DNA from: Coprobacillaceae bacterium | GTDB taxonomy: Bacteria > Bacillota_I > Bacilli_A > Erysipelotrichales > Coprobacillaceae | Assembly: GCA_963675515.1 (NCBI GenBank) | Contig: OY776328.1 | Location: forward strand, 120,001 to 152,000 | Length of the DNA: 32,000 nucleotides | Reading direction: 5' to 3' | Shown: piece after piece, positions 19,231-27,922 of the stretch | Layout: each line of letters starts with the position of its first letter | Numbering within the stretch: position 1 is the stretch's first letter | Made by a program: the position numbers and the translations under genes | Notes under the pieces: model-generated | The model's database searches: none | What the model was told of the DNA's origin: nothing | Seen by the model: only the letters and a program-made list of their open reading frames with translations

Positions 19231-21186
19231 TTTCATATCATCCAATAAATCATCTTGTTCTTCAAATGAAGGTGCGGTGGTTTCTTCCGATTGCACATCT
19301 TCCTCTTTGACCGGTTCGATTGTGCCACTGTGACTTTCTGGAATCTTACCAGTTTCATACAGCGAAAGAATCTGCTCCGCATTCAAGGTTTCGTGTTCAA
19401 GCAAAGCTTCGGCAATCTGCACCAGCTTTTCCTTGTTGTCAGTGATGATCTTGGTTGCCTTGTCATAGCATCCTTCAATTATCTGACGTACTTGGACATC
19501 GATCTCATAGGCGATTTGGCCTGAATGAGCATTCGACGTGTTGTTGTAGTCACGCCCCAGGAATACCGCATTGTCTCCCGAAGCATATTTGATTGGTCCC
19601 AAGTCGGACATCCCCAACTCGGTTACCATCAATCTGGCAATACGTGTCGCCTGTTCAATGTCGTTATGGGCTCCAGTTGAGATATCACCGAAGAAAATCT
19701 CCTCAGCGACCCGGCCACCCATGAATCCGGCGATATTTGATTCCAGTTGCGACTTGGTTTGGAAATACGTTTCCTCTTTAGGAGTCATCAGGTTATAGCC
19801 TCCTGCCTGTCCACGAGGAATGATTGTGACTTTTTGAACCTTGTTGGCATCTTCCAATGTCAAGCCTAAAATTGCATGGCCAGCTTCATGGTAGGCAACC
19901 AATCGCCGTTCCCTTTCCGAATATTTACGGGATTTTTTAGCAGGACCACCCATTACACGGTCAACCGCTTCATCGATGTCAGCCATTGTAATCAAAGAAT
20001 GTCCGCTGCGGACCGCCAAAAGAGCCGATTCATTCAATACGTTTGACAACTCAGCACCCGAGAATCCAGGAGTTCTTTGTGCAACATTGTCAAAATTGAC
20101 ATCAGGTGCAAATTTTTTGTTTCTAGCATGGACTGCAAGGATCTTCGCTCGCGCCGCCTTGTCCGGGTTCGCCACCTGGATCTGGCGGTCGAAACGACCT
20201 GGACGCAACAAGGCTGGGTCAAGTACGTCAGCCCGGTTGGTAGCCGCAAGCACGATGACACCTTCCGAACCTGAGAAACCGTCCATCTCCACCAATAACT
20301 GGTTCAATGTCTGTTCCCTTTCGTCATGGCCACCGCCCATACCGGTACCTCTTTGACGACCTACAGCATCAATTTCGTCGATGAAGATGATACATGGTGC
20401 TGATTTTTTAGCGTTGTTGAACATGTCGCGGACGCGGCCTGCACCGACACCGACGAACATCTCCACGAACTCCGATCCGGAGATCGAATAGAAAGGAACA
20501 TTCGCTTCACCGGCAACTGCACGGGCAAGCAATGTTTTACCCGTACCTGGAGGACCCACCAGGAGAACCCCGCGAGGAATCTTGGCACCCATATCTACGA
20601 ATTTTTTAGGATTCTTGAGGAAGTCGACGATTTCCTTGACTTCTTCCTTCTCCTCATCCATTCCTGCGACATCGTCAAAATGCGTATCGGCATTTTTTTC
20701 CAATTTGGCACGTGAATTCCCAAATTCGAACGCTTTCGAGTTGCCACCTTGGTTTGACATCATTCTGAATATCAGATAAACGCCACCGAACATCAAGACG
20801 TAAGGCACGATTGCAATAATGATATCCATGAACACCCCTTGTTGTGAGGCGTCAACCACAATTGTGTTGACATCTTTGCTTTCCAACAAGGCTGTAAGTG
20901 AATTAAGCTCGACTTCCGTCTTTGGAATTGTTGTTGAAAATTCAACTGTCTGAGTTTGCCCGTCAACAACTTGGGTATAGCTTCCTGTAACATCTACGAC
21001 CAAAGCCTGAGGCTCGATTTCAACTTCCGTCAGACTTTCATCTCTGACAACATCAAAGAATTCGCTATACGAAATCTGCTTTGATGCATCCTGCGAGATA
21101 AATGGTAAGGCAATAGCTACAATCAATAACACCACAAGTGCTGGGAGCATTGAACGTATTAACGTATTTCGATTACCGTTTTTCAT
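19228..21186 (-). CDS. ftsH: ATP-dependent zinc metalloprotease FtsH
   Basis: 652 aa. It has two N-terminal TM segments, AAA+ Walker A GPPGTGKT, Walker B IIFIDEID, the SRH motif and the zinc site HEAGHA. Confidence 0.96.
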   Translation of the reverse strand: MKNGNRNTLIRSMLPALVVLLIVAIALPFISQDASKQISYSEFFDVVRDESLTEVEIEPQALVVDVTGSYTQVVDGQTQTVEFSTTIPKTEVELNSLTALLESKDVNTIVVDASQQGVFMDIIIAIVPYVLMFGGVYLIFRMMSNQGGNSKAFEFGNSRAKLEKNADTHFDDVAGMDEEKEEVKEIVDFLKNPKKFVDMGAKIPRGVLLVGPPGTGKTLLARAVAGEANVPFYSISGSEFVEMFVGVGAGRVRDMFNNAKKSAPCIIFIDEIDAVGRQRGTGMGGGHDEREQTLNQLLVEMDGFSGSEGVIVLAATNRADVLDPALLRPGRFDRQIQVANPDKAARAKILAVHARNKKFAPDVNFDNVAQRTPGFSGAELSNVLNESALLAVRSGHSLITMADIDEAVDRVMGGPAKKSRKYSERERRLVAYHEAGHAILGLTLEDANKVQKVTIIPRGQAGGYNLMTPKEETYFQTKSQLESNIAGFMGGRVAEEIFFGDISTGAHNDIEQATRIARLMVTELGMSDLGPIKYASGDNAVFLGRDYNNTSNAHSGQIAYEIDVQVRQIIEGCYDKATKIITDNKEKLVQIAEALLEHETLNAEQILSLYETGKIPESHSGTIEPVKEEDVQSEETTAPSFEEQDDLLDDMK

Positions 21187-21196
21187 ATTTTCTCCT

Positions 21197-21727
21197 TTAT
21201 TTATAGCAACTTTCTTTTAAAATGCCCACATATGGCAGTTGGCGGAATCTTTCATTGAAGTCCAATCCAAATCCGACCACAAATGCATTTGGGATTTCGA
21301 AGCCTACGTAATCAGCCTTTATATCAAATGTCCGACCTTCTGGTTTGTCGAGCATTGTTGCTACCTTGACGCTTCTTACATCGCGATCGTAAAGCATTTC
21401 AACCACATTGGCCAAAGTCTTGCCGGTGTCGATGATGTCTTCCACGATGATAATGTTTTTGCCTGCGATCGGTCCTTCCACATCCTGTTTTACAACCAAT
21501 GTCTTGGACTCGATTCCTTCATAAGAACTCACATTCATATATTCAAACGACACTTCCACATCTATATACTTCGAAAGTTCGCTCAGAAAGGGAATCGAAC
21601 CTTTCAGCAGGCCAAGTAAAATCACTTTTTTCCCTTCATAGTCTTCGTTTATCATAGCGGCCATCTCCTTGCATCGTTGCGTTATCCGGTCGCCAGAAAT
21701 CAAAATTTCCTTTATTGAATCATTCAT
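21197..21727 (-). CDS. hpt: Hypoxanthine-guanine phosphoribosyltransferase
   Basis: 176 aa from ATG 21727, preceded by AAGGAG 7 nt upstream. It has the PRPP-binding motif IIIVEDIIDTGKT and sits between tilS and ftsH as in Bacillus. Confidence 0.92.
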   Translation of the reverse strand: MNDSIKEILISGDRITQRCKEMAAMINEDYEGKKVILLGLLKGSIPFLSELSKYIDVEVSFEYMNVSSYEGIESKTLVVKQDVEGPIAGKNIIIVEDIIDTGKTLANVVEMLYDRDVRSVKVATMLDKPEGRTFDIKADYVGFEIPNAFVVGFGLDFNERFRQLPYVGILKESCYK

Positions 21728-21746
21728 TATTTCACTCCTTTTATTT

Positions 21747-22979
21747 TCATAATAATAGCACAAATAAATTTGCTTTTGTAGTCAAATACTTGATATTTTT
21801 GGCTATTCCGGGGATTAAAACTATTTCCTGGGCGGCGTTTACCACTACAGGATATGTTTTCCTTCTGCTTGCCGGGATTTTATTGTCAATAAAAAGCCGG
21901 CTCACTTTCTTTGTTCCCCCGCTGGTAACTATTTTATCCCCGGCCTTGTAATTCCTGATGGTCAAGGGATAATCGGATGGTTCAAGCATGACCCCGTTGT
22001 TTATCGGTCCCTGACTGGCCAGCACAAAGTGTTCGCTCACCTGCAATTCAGGGCAATTAAGAACATACTCATAGTCATCCGTTTTTTTGTCGATAGTGAC
22101 AAATACATTATGATATTCTTTTATGAATTCATAATTAACTGGCAGTTTTATTGTGACATTGGGCTTTTCGCTTTGGAGCTGTTTGTATATCTCGTTGATG
22201 AGATTGCTTGTGATCAGCTCCTTGTCCAGATGAAAAGACAGAACTTCATAAAGAAGCTCCATGTAGTTGTCTGCATTTATTACCCTGACATCGAGATGCC
22301 TGCTGTCACGATAGCTTTCCAGAAGCGGCGTTATCCCATTAATGATATTCATTTTTTGCCGGTTGTAGTATGAGCGATAAAGCAGCAGCTCCTCTTTCTG
22401 GTGACAGGATAATCCGTTGAACACCTCATTGCGGACAAAATCACGGGTGAAATCACTTTGGAAATTAGTATAATCGTCACGATAATAGACGTCATTGTCA
22501 TGGCAATAATCCCGCAGCTCAGCCTTGTTCCTTTCCAGCAACGGCCTGAGCACTTCCATGCCTTGGACAAAACTGTGATCGTTAAGGCCCAAAAAACCCA
22601 TGAAGCCACGCTGTTTTTGCATGTAGATCGTTTCAAGCTGGTCATCGAGATGATGTCCCAGGACAATAGTGTCAATCTGGTATTTCTGGCCGATCTGATA
22701 ATAGAATGCATAACGGAGCCTGCGCGCCTGGGCCTGAAAATTTCCTTTTTCGTAATCGCTCGCATCGACCCTCAGGATTTCAAATGGGATATTCCTTTCC
22801 TTGCAGTAGCTTGAAACCGTAAGTTCGTCAAGAATTGAATCAAAACGCAAAAAGTAGTTAACATGGACTGCAACTACTTGAATGCAAGCATTATATAACA
22901 TATCCAGCAGCGCCATCGAATCACAGCCGCCGGACACTCCAACAAGATACTTCCGATTTTTAGCAAGACTCTCGATCAT
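21747..22979 (-). CDS. tilS: tRNA(Ile)-lysidine synthetase
   Basis: 410 aa. It has the PP-loop GVSGGCDSMAL, the HHLDDQLET motif and conserved tilS-hpt-ftsH synteny. Confidence 0.9.
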   Translation of the reverse strand: MIESLAKNRKYLVGVSGGCDSMALLDMLYNACIQVVAVHVNYFLRFDSILDELTVSSYCKERNIPFEILRVDASDYEKGNFQAQARRLRYAFYYQIGQKYQIDTIVLGHHLDDQLETIYMQKQRGFMGFLGLNDHSFVQGMEVLRPLLERNKAELRDYCHDNDVYYRDDYTNFQSDFTRDFVRNEVFNGLSCHQKEELLLYRSYYNRQKMNIINGITPLLESYRDSRHLDVRVINADNYMELLYEVLSFHLDKELITSNLINEIYKQLQSEKPNVTIKLPVNYEFIKEYHNVFVTIDKKTDDYEYVLNCPELQVSEHFVLASQGPINNGVMLEPSDYPLTIRNYKAGDKIVTSGGTKKVSRLFIDNKIPASRRKTYPVVVNAAQEIVLIPGIAKNIKYLTTKANLFVLLL

Positions 22980-22980
22980 G

Positions 22981-23472
22981 TCATAACCTTCCTATATAGC
23001 AGGCCACCTTGCGAAAATGCGACCGGTAATATTCTTCAAAGCCCAACTTCTCCAATAATTTCAAGGATGGCACATTGGCCAGTTTGACCATGCAATATAC
23101 AACCCTGACCCCGAATTCTTCCTTGAGATACCCCAAAAATGCCTGCAGGACCTCAAACATGTAACCATTCCGCCAGTGTTCACTGTCCAAGGTGTAGCCA
23201 AGCGAAATTTCATCATTAAAAGCGATGTTGATATAGATGTCCCCAATGAGCGAATCGGTATCTTTCAAATATATGCCAAGCTGATAATTTCCAGCCCGGT
23301 AACCAAAGGGCTGTTCAAGACATTCCCTGATCCTTTTTTGCGCCTTTGCCAGGTTGTAATTTTTATAAGACTGGTAGCGGGCGACTTCCTCTTTGGCGCG
23401 ATACCCCGCCATTGCCGGGGCATCGTCCAGACTCAAATCCTGGATATATAAACGTTGCGTTTCTAGTTTCAT
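22981..23472 (-). CDS. GNAT-family N-acetyltransferase (RimJ/RimL-like)
   Basis: 163 aa. The fold pattern is typical of GNATs (LSLDDAP..., WRNGYMFEVLQAFLGYL, NVPSLKLLEKLGF). It overlaps the prmC stop by 4 nt. Confidence 0.8.
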   Translation of the reverse strand: MKLETQRLYIQDLSLDDAPAMAGYRAKEEVARYQSYKNYNLAKAQKRIRECLEQPFGYRAGNYQLGIYLKDTDSLIGDIYINIAFNDEISLGYTLDSEHWRNGYMFEVLQAFLGYLKEEFGVRVVYCMVKLANVPSLKLLEKLGFEEYYRSHFRKVACYIGRL

Positions 23473-24326
23473 TTTTTTTCGATATTGTAGTAAATAAACA
23501 GCATCCGATCCTTGCCGTTGATGTCTTTGATTATTTCAAATTCGTCATCGAAATATTCCCTGACCGCCTTTTCCATGATTTCGCGCTGATCGAATCCCAT
23601 TTCAAAAGCAAGCAAAGCCCGGTCATTTAACAGCGGTCTGACTCCGGCAAAGATTTTTCGGTAGAAATAAAGTCCGTCATCACCGCCAAAAAGAGCGATA
23701 TTAGGTTCATTGTCTTTAACCAGCGATTCGATTTCCTGATTTTGTGGAATGTACGGTGGGTTCGAGACGAATATGTCAACCTTGTGGTTGCTTTCCAACA
23801 AAGGCTCCAGCATATCGCCGACGAAAAATTCAACTTCAGCCCCAAGTGCCGCGGCGTTTTCCTTGGCCACTGCAACCGCCTCAGGCGAAATGTCACTGGC
23901 CACAACGTTAAGGCGCCCTTCTTCCAAGGCAAGGGTGATGGCGATCGCTCCTGACCCGGTTCCGACATCACAAAGTTCTATTCTTGAATATTCATCGAAG
24001 TAGTCATCAATCCTATACAAGATCTGTTCAACCAGCTCCTCTGTTTCGTAGCGGGGAATCAGCACGTTGCTGTCGACCTTGAAATCACGGCCGAAAAAAG
24101 TTTCATAACCCTTGATGTACTGTATCGGTTTTCCCGCAATGTACTCCTCAAGCAGGCTGTTGAACTTTTCCAGAACAGCGGCGTCAACTTCATTGTCAAA
24201 GTTCAAATACAACTGTTGCGGGTTCATGTTGGCCAGATGATAAAACAGCACCTTGGCAACATTCACGTCCTTTTCAAGATTCTCCAGCTTCGATTCGCTT
24301 TGAAGAATCAATTCTCTTATGGTCAT
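23469..24326 (-). CDS. prmC: Release-factor glutamine N5-methyltransferase
   Basis: 285 aa. It has the SAM motif DVGTGSGAI and the catalytic NPPY (VSNPPYIP). It lies immediately downstream of prfA. Confidence 0.92.
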   Translation of the reverse strand: MTIRELILQSESKLENLEKDVNVAKVLFYHLANMNPQQLYLNFDNEVDAAVLEKFNSLLEEYIAGKPIQYIKGYETFFGRDFKVDSNVLIPRYETEELVEQILYRIDDYFDEYSRIELCDVGTGSGAIAITLALEEGRLNVVASDISPEAVAVAKENAAALGAEVEFFVGDMLEPLLESNHKVDIFVSNPPYIPQNQEIESLVKDNEPNIALFGGDDGLYFYRKIFAGVRPLLNDRALLAFEMGFDQREIMEKAVREYFDDEFEIIKDINGKDRMLFIYYNIEKK

Positions 24327-24327
24327 C

Positions 24328-25404
24328 TTATTTAGCGCCCTCTTCCAATTTCAGCCGCTGATCTTCATTGATCAGGGCAGTGATTATGTCATCCAGCTTG
24401 CCTTCGACGATCCGGTCAAGCTGCTGGATTGTCAGACCGATGCGGTGATCGGTAACCCGGTTTTGGGGATAATTGTATGTGCGGATTTTTTCGGAACGGT
24501 CACCTGAACCGACCTTGCTTTTCCGTTCGCTTCCGATGGCTTCGGACTTGATCTGCTCGAAATGGTCATAGATTTTGGCAACCAGAGCCTTCATCGCCTT
24601 GTCCTTGTTGTCATGTTGTGAACGTCCATCCTGAGACGCGGCCACAATCCCAGTTGGAATATGGGTGATCCGGACTGCGGAATCAGTCTTGTTGATATGC
24701 TGCCCTCCAGCCCCTGAAGCGCGATACGTATCGATTCTTAGATCGTTCTTGTTGATGTCGATGTCGACTTCTTCCATTTCCGGCATAACCAGAACGGTCG
24801 CCGTAGATGTATGGACACGTCCCTGGGTTTCGGTTTTTGGCACACGTTGAACCCGATGCGAACCGGATTCGAACTTCAGTTTTCCGTAAACGTCGTCTCC
24901 GATAACGTTGAACGAAATCAGCGAGAAACCGCCGGCCGGGGCTTCGACTGCTTCAATAACCTCGATCCGCCAACCTTGAGATTCGGCATACCGGCTGTAC
25001 ATCCGATATAAGTCTCCGGCAAAAATATTGCCCTCATCGCCACCGGCAGCTCCCCGGATTTCCATGATGACGTTTTTGTTGTCATTTGGATCTTTTGGAA
25101 TCAATTCCAACTCCAGTTTCTGGGTTACTTCCGGAAGAGCCTCTTCCAGTTCATCAAGCTCCATCTGAGCCATTTCTTTTATTTCTGCGTCAGGTTCCTT
25201 GAGAAGCTCTTTTGCTTCCTGAATCCCGTTCAATATTTGTTTATACTTTTGAAAAAGATCATATGCACCTTGAAGTTGTGATTGTTCTTTCGTTATTTCC
25301 GTCATTCTTTTTATATCGCTGCCGACGTCCGGATCCATCAGCATCTGTGATAATTCTTCATAGCGTTTTTCTATAGATTCTAATCTTTCTATCATACTAT
25401 CCAT
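24328..25404 (-). CDS. prfA: Peptide chain release factor 1
   Basis: 358 aa. It has the GGQ motif (SGAGGQHINKTDSAVRITHIPTG) and an RF1-type tripeptide region (VPKTETQGRVHTS). SD GGAGG is upstream. Confidence 0.96.
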   Translation of the reverse strand: MDSMIERLESIEKRYEELSQMLMDPDVGSDIKRMTEITKEQSQLQGAYDLFQKYKQILNGIQEAKELLKEPDAEIKEMAQMELDELEEALPEVTQKLELELIPKDPNDNKNVIMEIRGAAGGDEGNIFAGDLYRMYSRYAESQGWRIEVIEAVEAPAGGFSLISFNVIGDDVYGKLKFESGSHRVQRVPKTETQGRVHTSTATVLVMPEMEEVDIDINKNDLRIDTYRASGAGGQHINKTDSAVRITHIPTGIVAASQDGRSQHDNKDKAMKALVAKIYDHFEQIKSEAIGSERKSKVGSGDRSEKIRTYNYPQNRVTDHRIGLTIQQLDRIVEGKLDDIITALINEDQRLKLEEGAK

Positions 25405-25442
25405 ATATATACCTCCAAGCCTTAAACATTGTACTATAATTT

Positions 25443-25456
25443 TATCATTAATGATA
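25443..25456. repeat. Perfect 14-bp palindrome TATCATTAATGATA in the prfA upstream region
   Basis: The sequence equals its own reverse complement and lies about 40-50 nt upstream of the prfA ATG. Its function is unknown. Confidence 0.5.
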
Positions 25457-25754
25457 GTAATACATCTAAAAAAAATGCATTAAAACTGCAAAAATCAACG
25501 ACCGAATCGCTTAAATTGATCTGCACCGGATACCCAAAAGGTCAACGAAAAAAAGATCGCCAATATTTCAATTTTCTCCAACAAAATTTCTCATATGTAA
25601 TATAAAATATTTTTAATATTCAAATACATTTTTTAATTCCAATATGATAATTATGTGAGTTTATATATCCATAAATTACTAAATAACCATAATCAAACCA
25701 ATGTATAATAATCAAAAAATATCGACAAAATCACTATTTTTTAAATGAAAACGC

Positions 25755-25786
25755 TTGCAATATACGGGGTCGTGTGATAGTATAAT
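25755..25786 (+). promoter_or_regulatory. Candidate sigma-A promoter facing the ORF-free region: TTGCAA-17 nt (ending TGa)-TAGTAT, overlapping TATAAT
   Basis: TTGCAA is at 25755-25760. An extended -10 TGaTAGTAT is at 25775-25783, and a perfect TATAAT sits 3 nt further at 25781-25786. No ORF follows it. Confidence 0.4.
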
Positions 25787-25789
25787 AGT

Positions 25790-26435
25790 ACAAGGAGGGT
25801 GGTAGTAATAGCCAATGAGATTTCTCTAAATCTTAATCAATGAGCGATCAGATATTAGGATACCAACGAAAGTTGGATAGATTGCAATAGAGATTATGAG
25901 GTAGGTTACTAAGCTATGTAAGATTTGTCAATCAGACATAATAGTAATTTAGTCTTAGTTTATTTGTCTGCCAAGACAGATAAACAAAAGATTAGACGAC
26001 GCTGGTAGATAGATTTAAGAAATTACCGGAAATCGATAAATAATTACTTATGAAATTCAGTTTCAAAATATGTAATTGGTTTATTGAGACTACGCTAGTT
26101 GAATCGATGAAAAGATTGATACATAGTGAGATTTATGGATGGTTTAATCATCTAAACCATATAAATTGTTGTAGCATATTGACATATAAGAAATGATCTA
26201 ACGCGATCTAAAATATTATTTTGAAACCCTGAAACCTTTAGCGATGTAAAAGCAAAAGCCGATGGCAATCAGATAATAATTAGTTAAATGAGAATATAAC
26301 AGCATTACCCTAATACCAAATAGCGATATTTACAGTAATGGTTTATATCAGTAAAATAATTAAAGAGAACTCTTCAAGAAGTTATCACTACACTCAAACC
26401 TGGAAAGGGGAAGGCAGATTGCCTTCCTCTTTTTT
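25790..26435 (+). ncRNA. Candidate ~0.65-kb non-coding transcript (class unknown), bounded by the promoter above and the terminator at 26407-26435
   Basis: There is no ORF of 60 aa or more in six frames and no SD-led small ORF. Three plus-strand hairpins are present: CCAAC-GAAA-GTTGG at 25863-25876; a 12-bp stem at 25958-25985 whose G.U pair becomes an A.C mismatch on the other strand; and an 8-bp stem at 26139-26160. The terminator T6 tract is on the plus strand. This is purely structural and positional inference. Confidence 0.3.
26407..26435. terminator. Strong intrinsic terminator hairpin, bidirectional geometry
   Basis: GGGGAAGGCA-gat-TGCCTTCCTC (10 bp) followed by TTTTTT on the plus strand. 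On the minus strand the same hairpin begins right after the LUD-gene stop codon (26436-26434) and is followed by TTTCC. Confidence 0.75.
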
Positions 26436-27054
26436 AATATCCCAGTTCTTCTCCAACCAGAATTACTTTTATCCGGCCGTCGTGGCGTGAATACCGAGTT
26501 ATGACTTCCTGGGCGCACATGGTCCCTTCGAGACAATTGCTGCATTTTCCAGTAATCGCGCAAGGTGTCTTCAAATTCAGTCTTTGGGCGTTGGGCGGGC
26601 ACGCCACTGTCTTCACCCTTTTGATTGCATACTCGAGATCTGTTGCAACCTTGTTTTTGCCGGCTACAATGATAACCTGTTTTGGCCCGAAGCAAAGTGC
26701 CGCAACGCGATTCGAGTTGCCGTCGATATTGACAAGCTGTCCATCCAATGTGATGGCGTTTGTCGACATCAAAAATGTGTCTGCCAGAAGACATTGACGC
26801 ATCAGGTCTTCCTTTTCACCACGCGTTTGCCCCTTATCCCGGTCGATGAAATCATATCCGCCGTTTCTCAAAACGTCTACAAGACCGATCTCCTTCAATG
26901 TTTCACTGCCTCCCATACCGACTGATCCATCTTTGGAAATAAGCTCGATAACTTTATTCAATGCCTGTTCCTTGTTTTCGACATAGAACCCTTCCATATT
27001 GCGCCGGTTGAGCCCCTTGATGATCGTATTTGCCTGATTTGTGAAATAATCCAT
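26434..27054 (-). CDS. LUD-domain (LutC/YkgG-like, DUF162) protein
   Basis: 206 aa. The pattern GMGGSETL...LMSTNAITLDGQLVNIDGNSNRVAAL.FGP..VIIVAG.NK, plus a Cys-rich C-terminal part (CPPN...C...C..C), is typical of stand-alone lactate-utilisation-type LUD proteins. SD AGGAGG is upstream. Confidence 0.78.
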   Translation of the reverse strand: MDYFTNQANTIIKGLNRRNMEGFYVENKEQALNKVIELISKDGSVGMGGSETLKEIGLVDVLRNGGYDFIDRDKGQTRGEKEDLMRQCLLADTFLMSTNAITLDGQLVNIDGNSNRVAALCFGPKQVIIVAGKNKVATDLEYAIKRVKTVACPPNAQRLNLKTPCAITGKCSNCLEGTMCAQEVITRYSRHDGRIKVILVGEELGY

Positions 27055-27105
27055 ACATTGCCTCCTTTTTTATATAATGATAACCCAAATATCGCAATCA
27101 GACAA

Positions 27106-27136
27106 CCAAAAAACCGTGCTTGTCGAGGGCACGGTT
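27106..27136 (-). terminator. Intrinsic terminator-like hairpin between tdk and the LUD-domain gene
   Basis: The minus strand reads AACCGTGCC-ctcgacaa-GCACGGTT followed by TTTTGG. It lies about 50 nt upstream of the LUD gene ATG. Confidence 0.5.
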
Positions 27137-27283
27137 GTTCGTTAAGATTCTTGGCGGATGTCTTAACTGGGAAGATTTGATAATTTTAAGGGAGTAAAAT
27201 TATATTATTATCTACATTCATATAGTAAATAATTTTTGTTAACTGTTTATGAACACAAAATAATATTTTCAAAATATTCCATT

Positions 27284-27308
27284 AAAAAAAGATTGCATAT
27301 GAGCAACC
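27284..27308 (-). terminator. Weak intrinsic terminator directly after tdk
   Basis: The minus strand reads GGTTGC-tcatat-GCAATC followed by TTTTTTT. The stem is 6 bp and includes one G.U pair that exists only on the minus strand. It starts 2 nt after the tdk stop. Confidence 0.5.
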
Positions 27309-27309
27309 T

Positions 27310-27921
27310 TTATTGTTTTAATTTCTTATTAATGACTTTTGGGGGTTTTTCAACCACTTCATGATGCTGGCGGCAACGTGGCTCATATTGATTGACGGAT
27401 CCGACCAAAATGACCGCATCCGAAAATTTTGCAGGATTTCCGTTTATCAGGCGCTGCGTCCTGGTGGCCGGAGCTCCGCAAACCGCGCAAACCGCTGTTA
27501 GTTTGGAAATGAACTCCGCTTTGGAAAGCAGTTCGCCCATTACCGGAAAACACTCACCCCTGAAATCCTGATCGAGACCGGCTACAGTAACCCGGATTCC
27601 CTTGTCCGCAAGGTACTCACAAATGTCAATGATCTTCCGGTCTAGAAACTGGACTTCATCAATGATCACAATCTCAACCTCGTCATCGATATGCTCGAGA
27701 ATTTCTTCACTGTTCCTGATTGTGATGCACGGAACGCGGACACCCAAATGAGTCACTATCTCTTCACCGGAATAACGGTTGTCAATATGCGGCTTGAATA
27801 TAAGAATATTCTTTTTGGCGTATTGATATACTGTTATTCTCCGTATCAGCTCTTCGGTTTTTCCGGCAAACATGCATCCGCAAATTACTTCAATCGAGCC
27901 TCCATCGTATTGTTGGTACAT
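27310..27921 (-). CDS. tdk: Thymidine kinase
   Basis: 203 aa. It has the P-loop GCMFAGKTEEL, IDEVQF, and the C-terminal zinc ribbon CAVCGAPA...CRQHH. Confidence 0.93.
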   Translation of the reverse strand: MYQQYDGGSIEVICGCMFAGKTEELIRRITVYQYAKKNILIFKPHIDNRYSGEEIVTHLGVRVPCITIRNSEEILEHIDDEVEIVIIDEVQFLDRKIIDICEYLADKGIRVTVAGLDQDFRGECFPVMGELLSKAEFISKLTAVCAVCGAPATRTQRLINGNPAKFSDAVILVGSVNQYEPRCRQHHEVVEKPPKVINKKLKQ

Positions 27922-27922
27922 A

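Noticed and set aside
25500-25585. Relatively GC-rich patch inside the island with a possible 29-codon hydrophobic minus-strand ORF (TTG start, ...ILAIFFSLTFWVSG...)
   Set aside because: It has a non-ATG start, no SD and no terminator or promoter context. It is probably just part of the prfA upstream region.
25766-25800. tmRNA-like 5' end (ACGGGGTCGTG) and group II intron-like GUGUG at 25772
   Set aside because: There is no GGAUUCGAC, no tag reading frame and no T-arm or CCA-proximal GGTTCGAATCC for tmRNA. There is no domain V-like hairpin or host gene for an intron. Those bases also fall inside the predicted promoter spacer.
26050-26196. 48-codon ORF (MKFSFKICNWFIETTLVESMKRLIHSEIYGWFNHLNHINCCSILTYKK) in the ORF-free island, plus tiny ORFs after the AAGGAGG at 25792 (MRFL at 25815)
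   Set aside because: The 48-codon ORF has no SD upstream. A stop-free run of that length is not surprising given six frames and 1 kb. The AAGGAGG is 16 nt from the MRFL ATG, which is too far. These are kept only as a caveat to the ncRNA interpretation.
25405-26400. Replication origin (oriC) hypothesis for the AT-rich island, prompted by nearby dnaB and the yybS-gdpP-rplI-dnaB block that lies near oriC in Bacillus
   Set aside because: I found no good DnaA boxes. The best matches to TTATCCACA are 6-7 of 9, for example TATATCCATAA at about 25664. There is no dnaA or dnaN neighbour and no clustered box array.
26360-26925. ORFs 26360..26794-, 26501..26797+ and 26584..26925+ overlapping the LUD-domain gene
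   Set aside because: These are alternate-frame or antisense shadows. Only the 26434..27054 frame shows the LUD-domain pattern and an SD.
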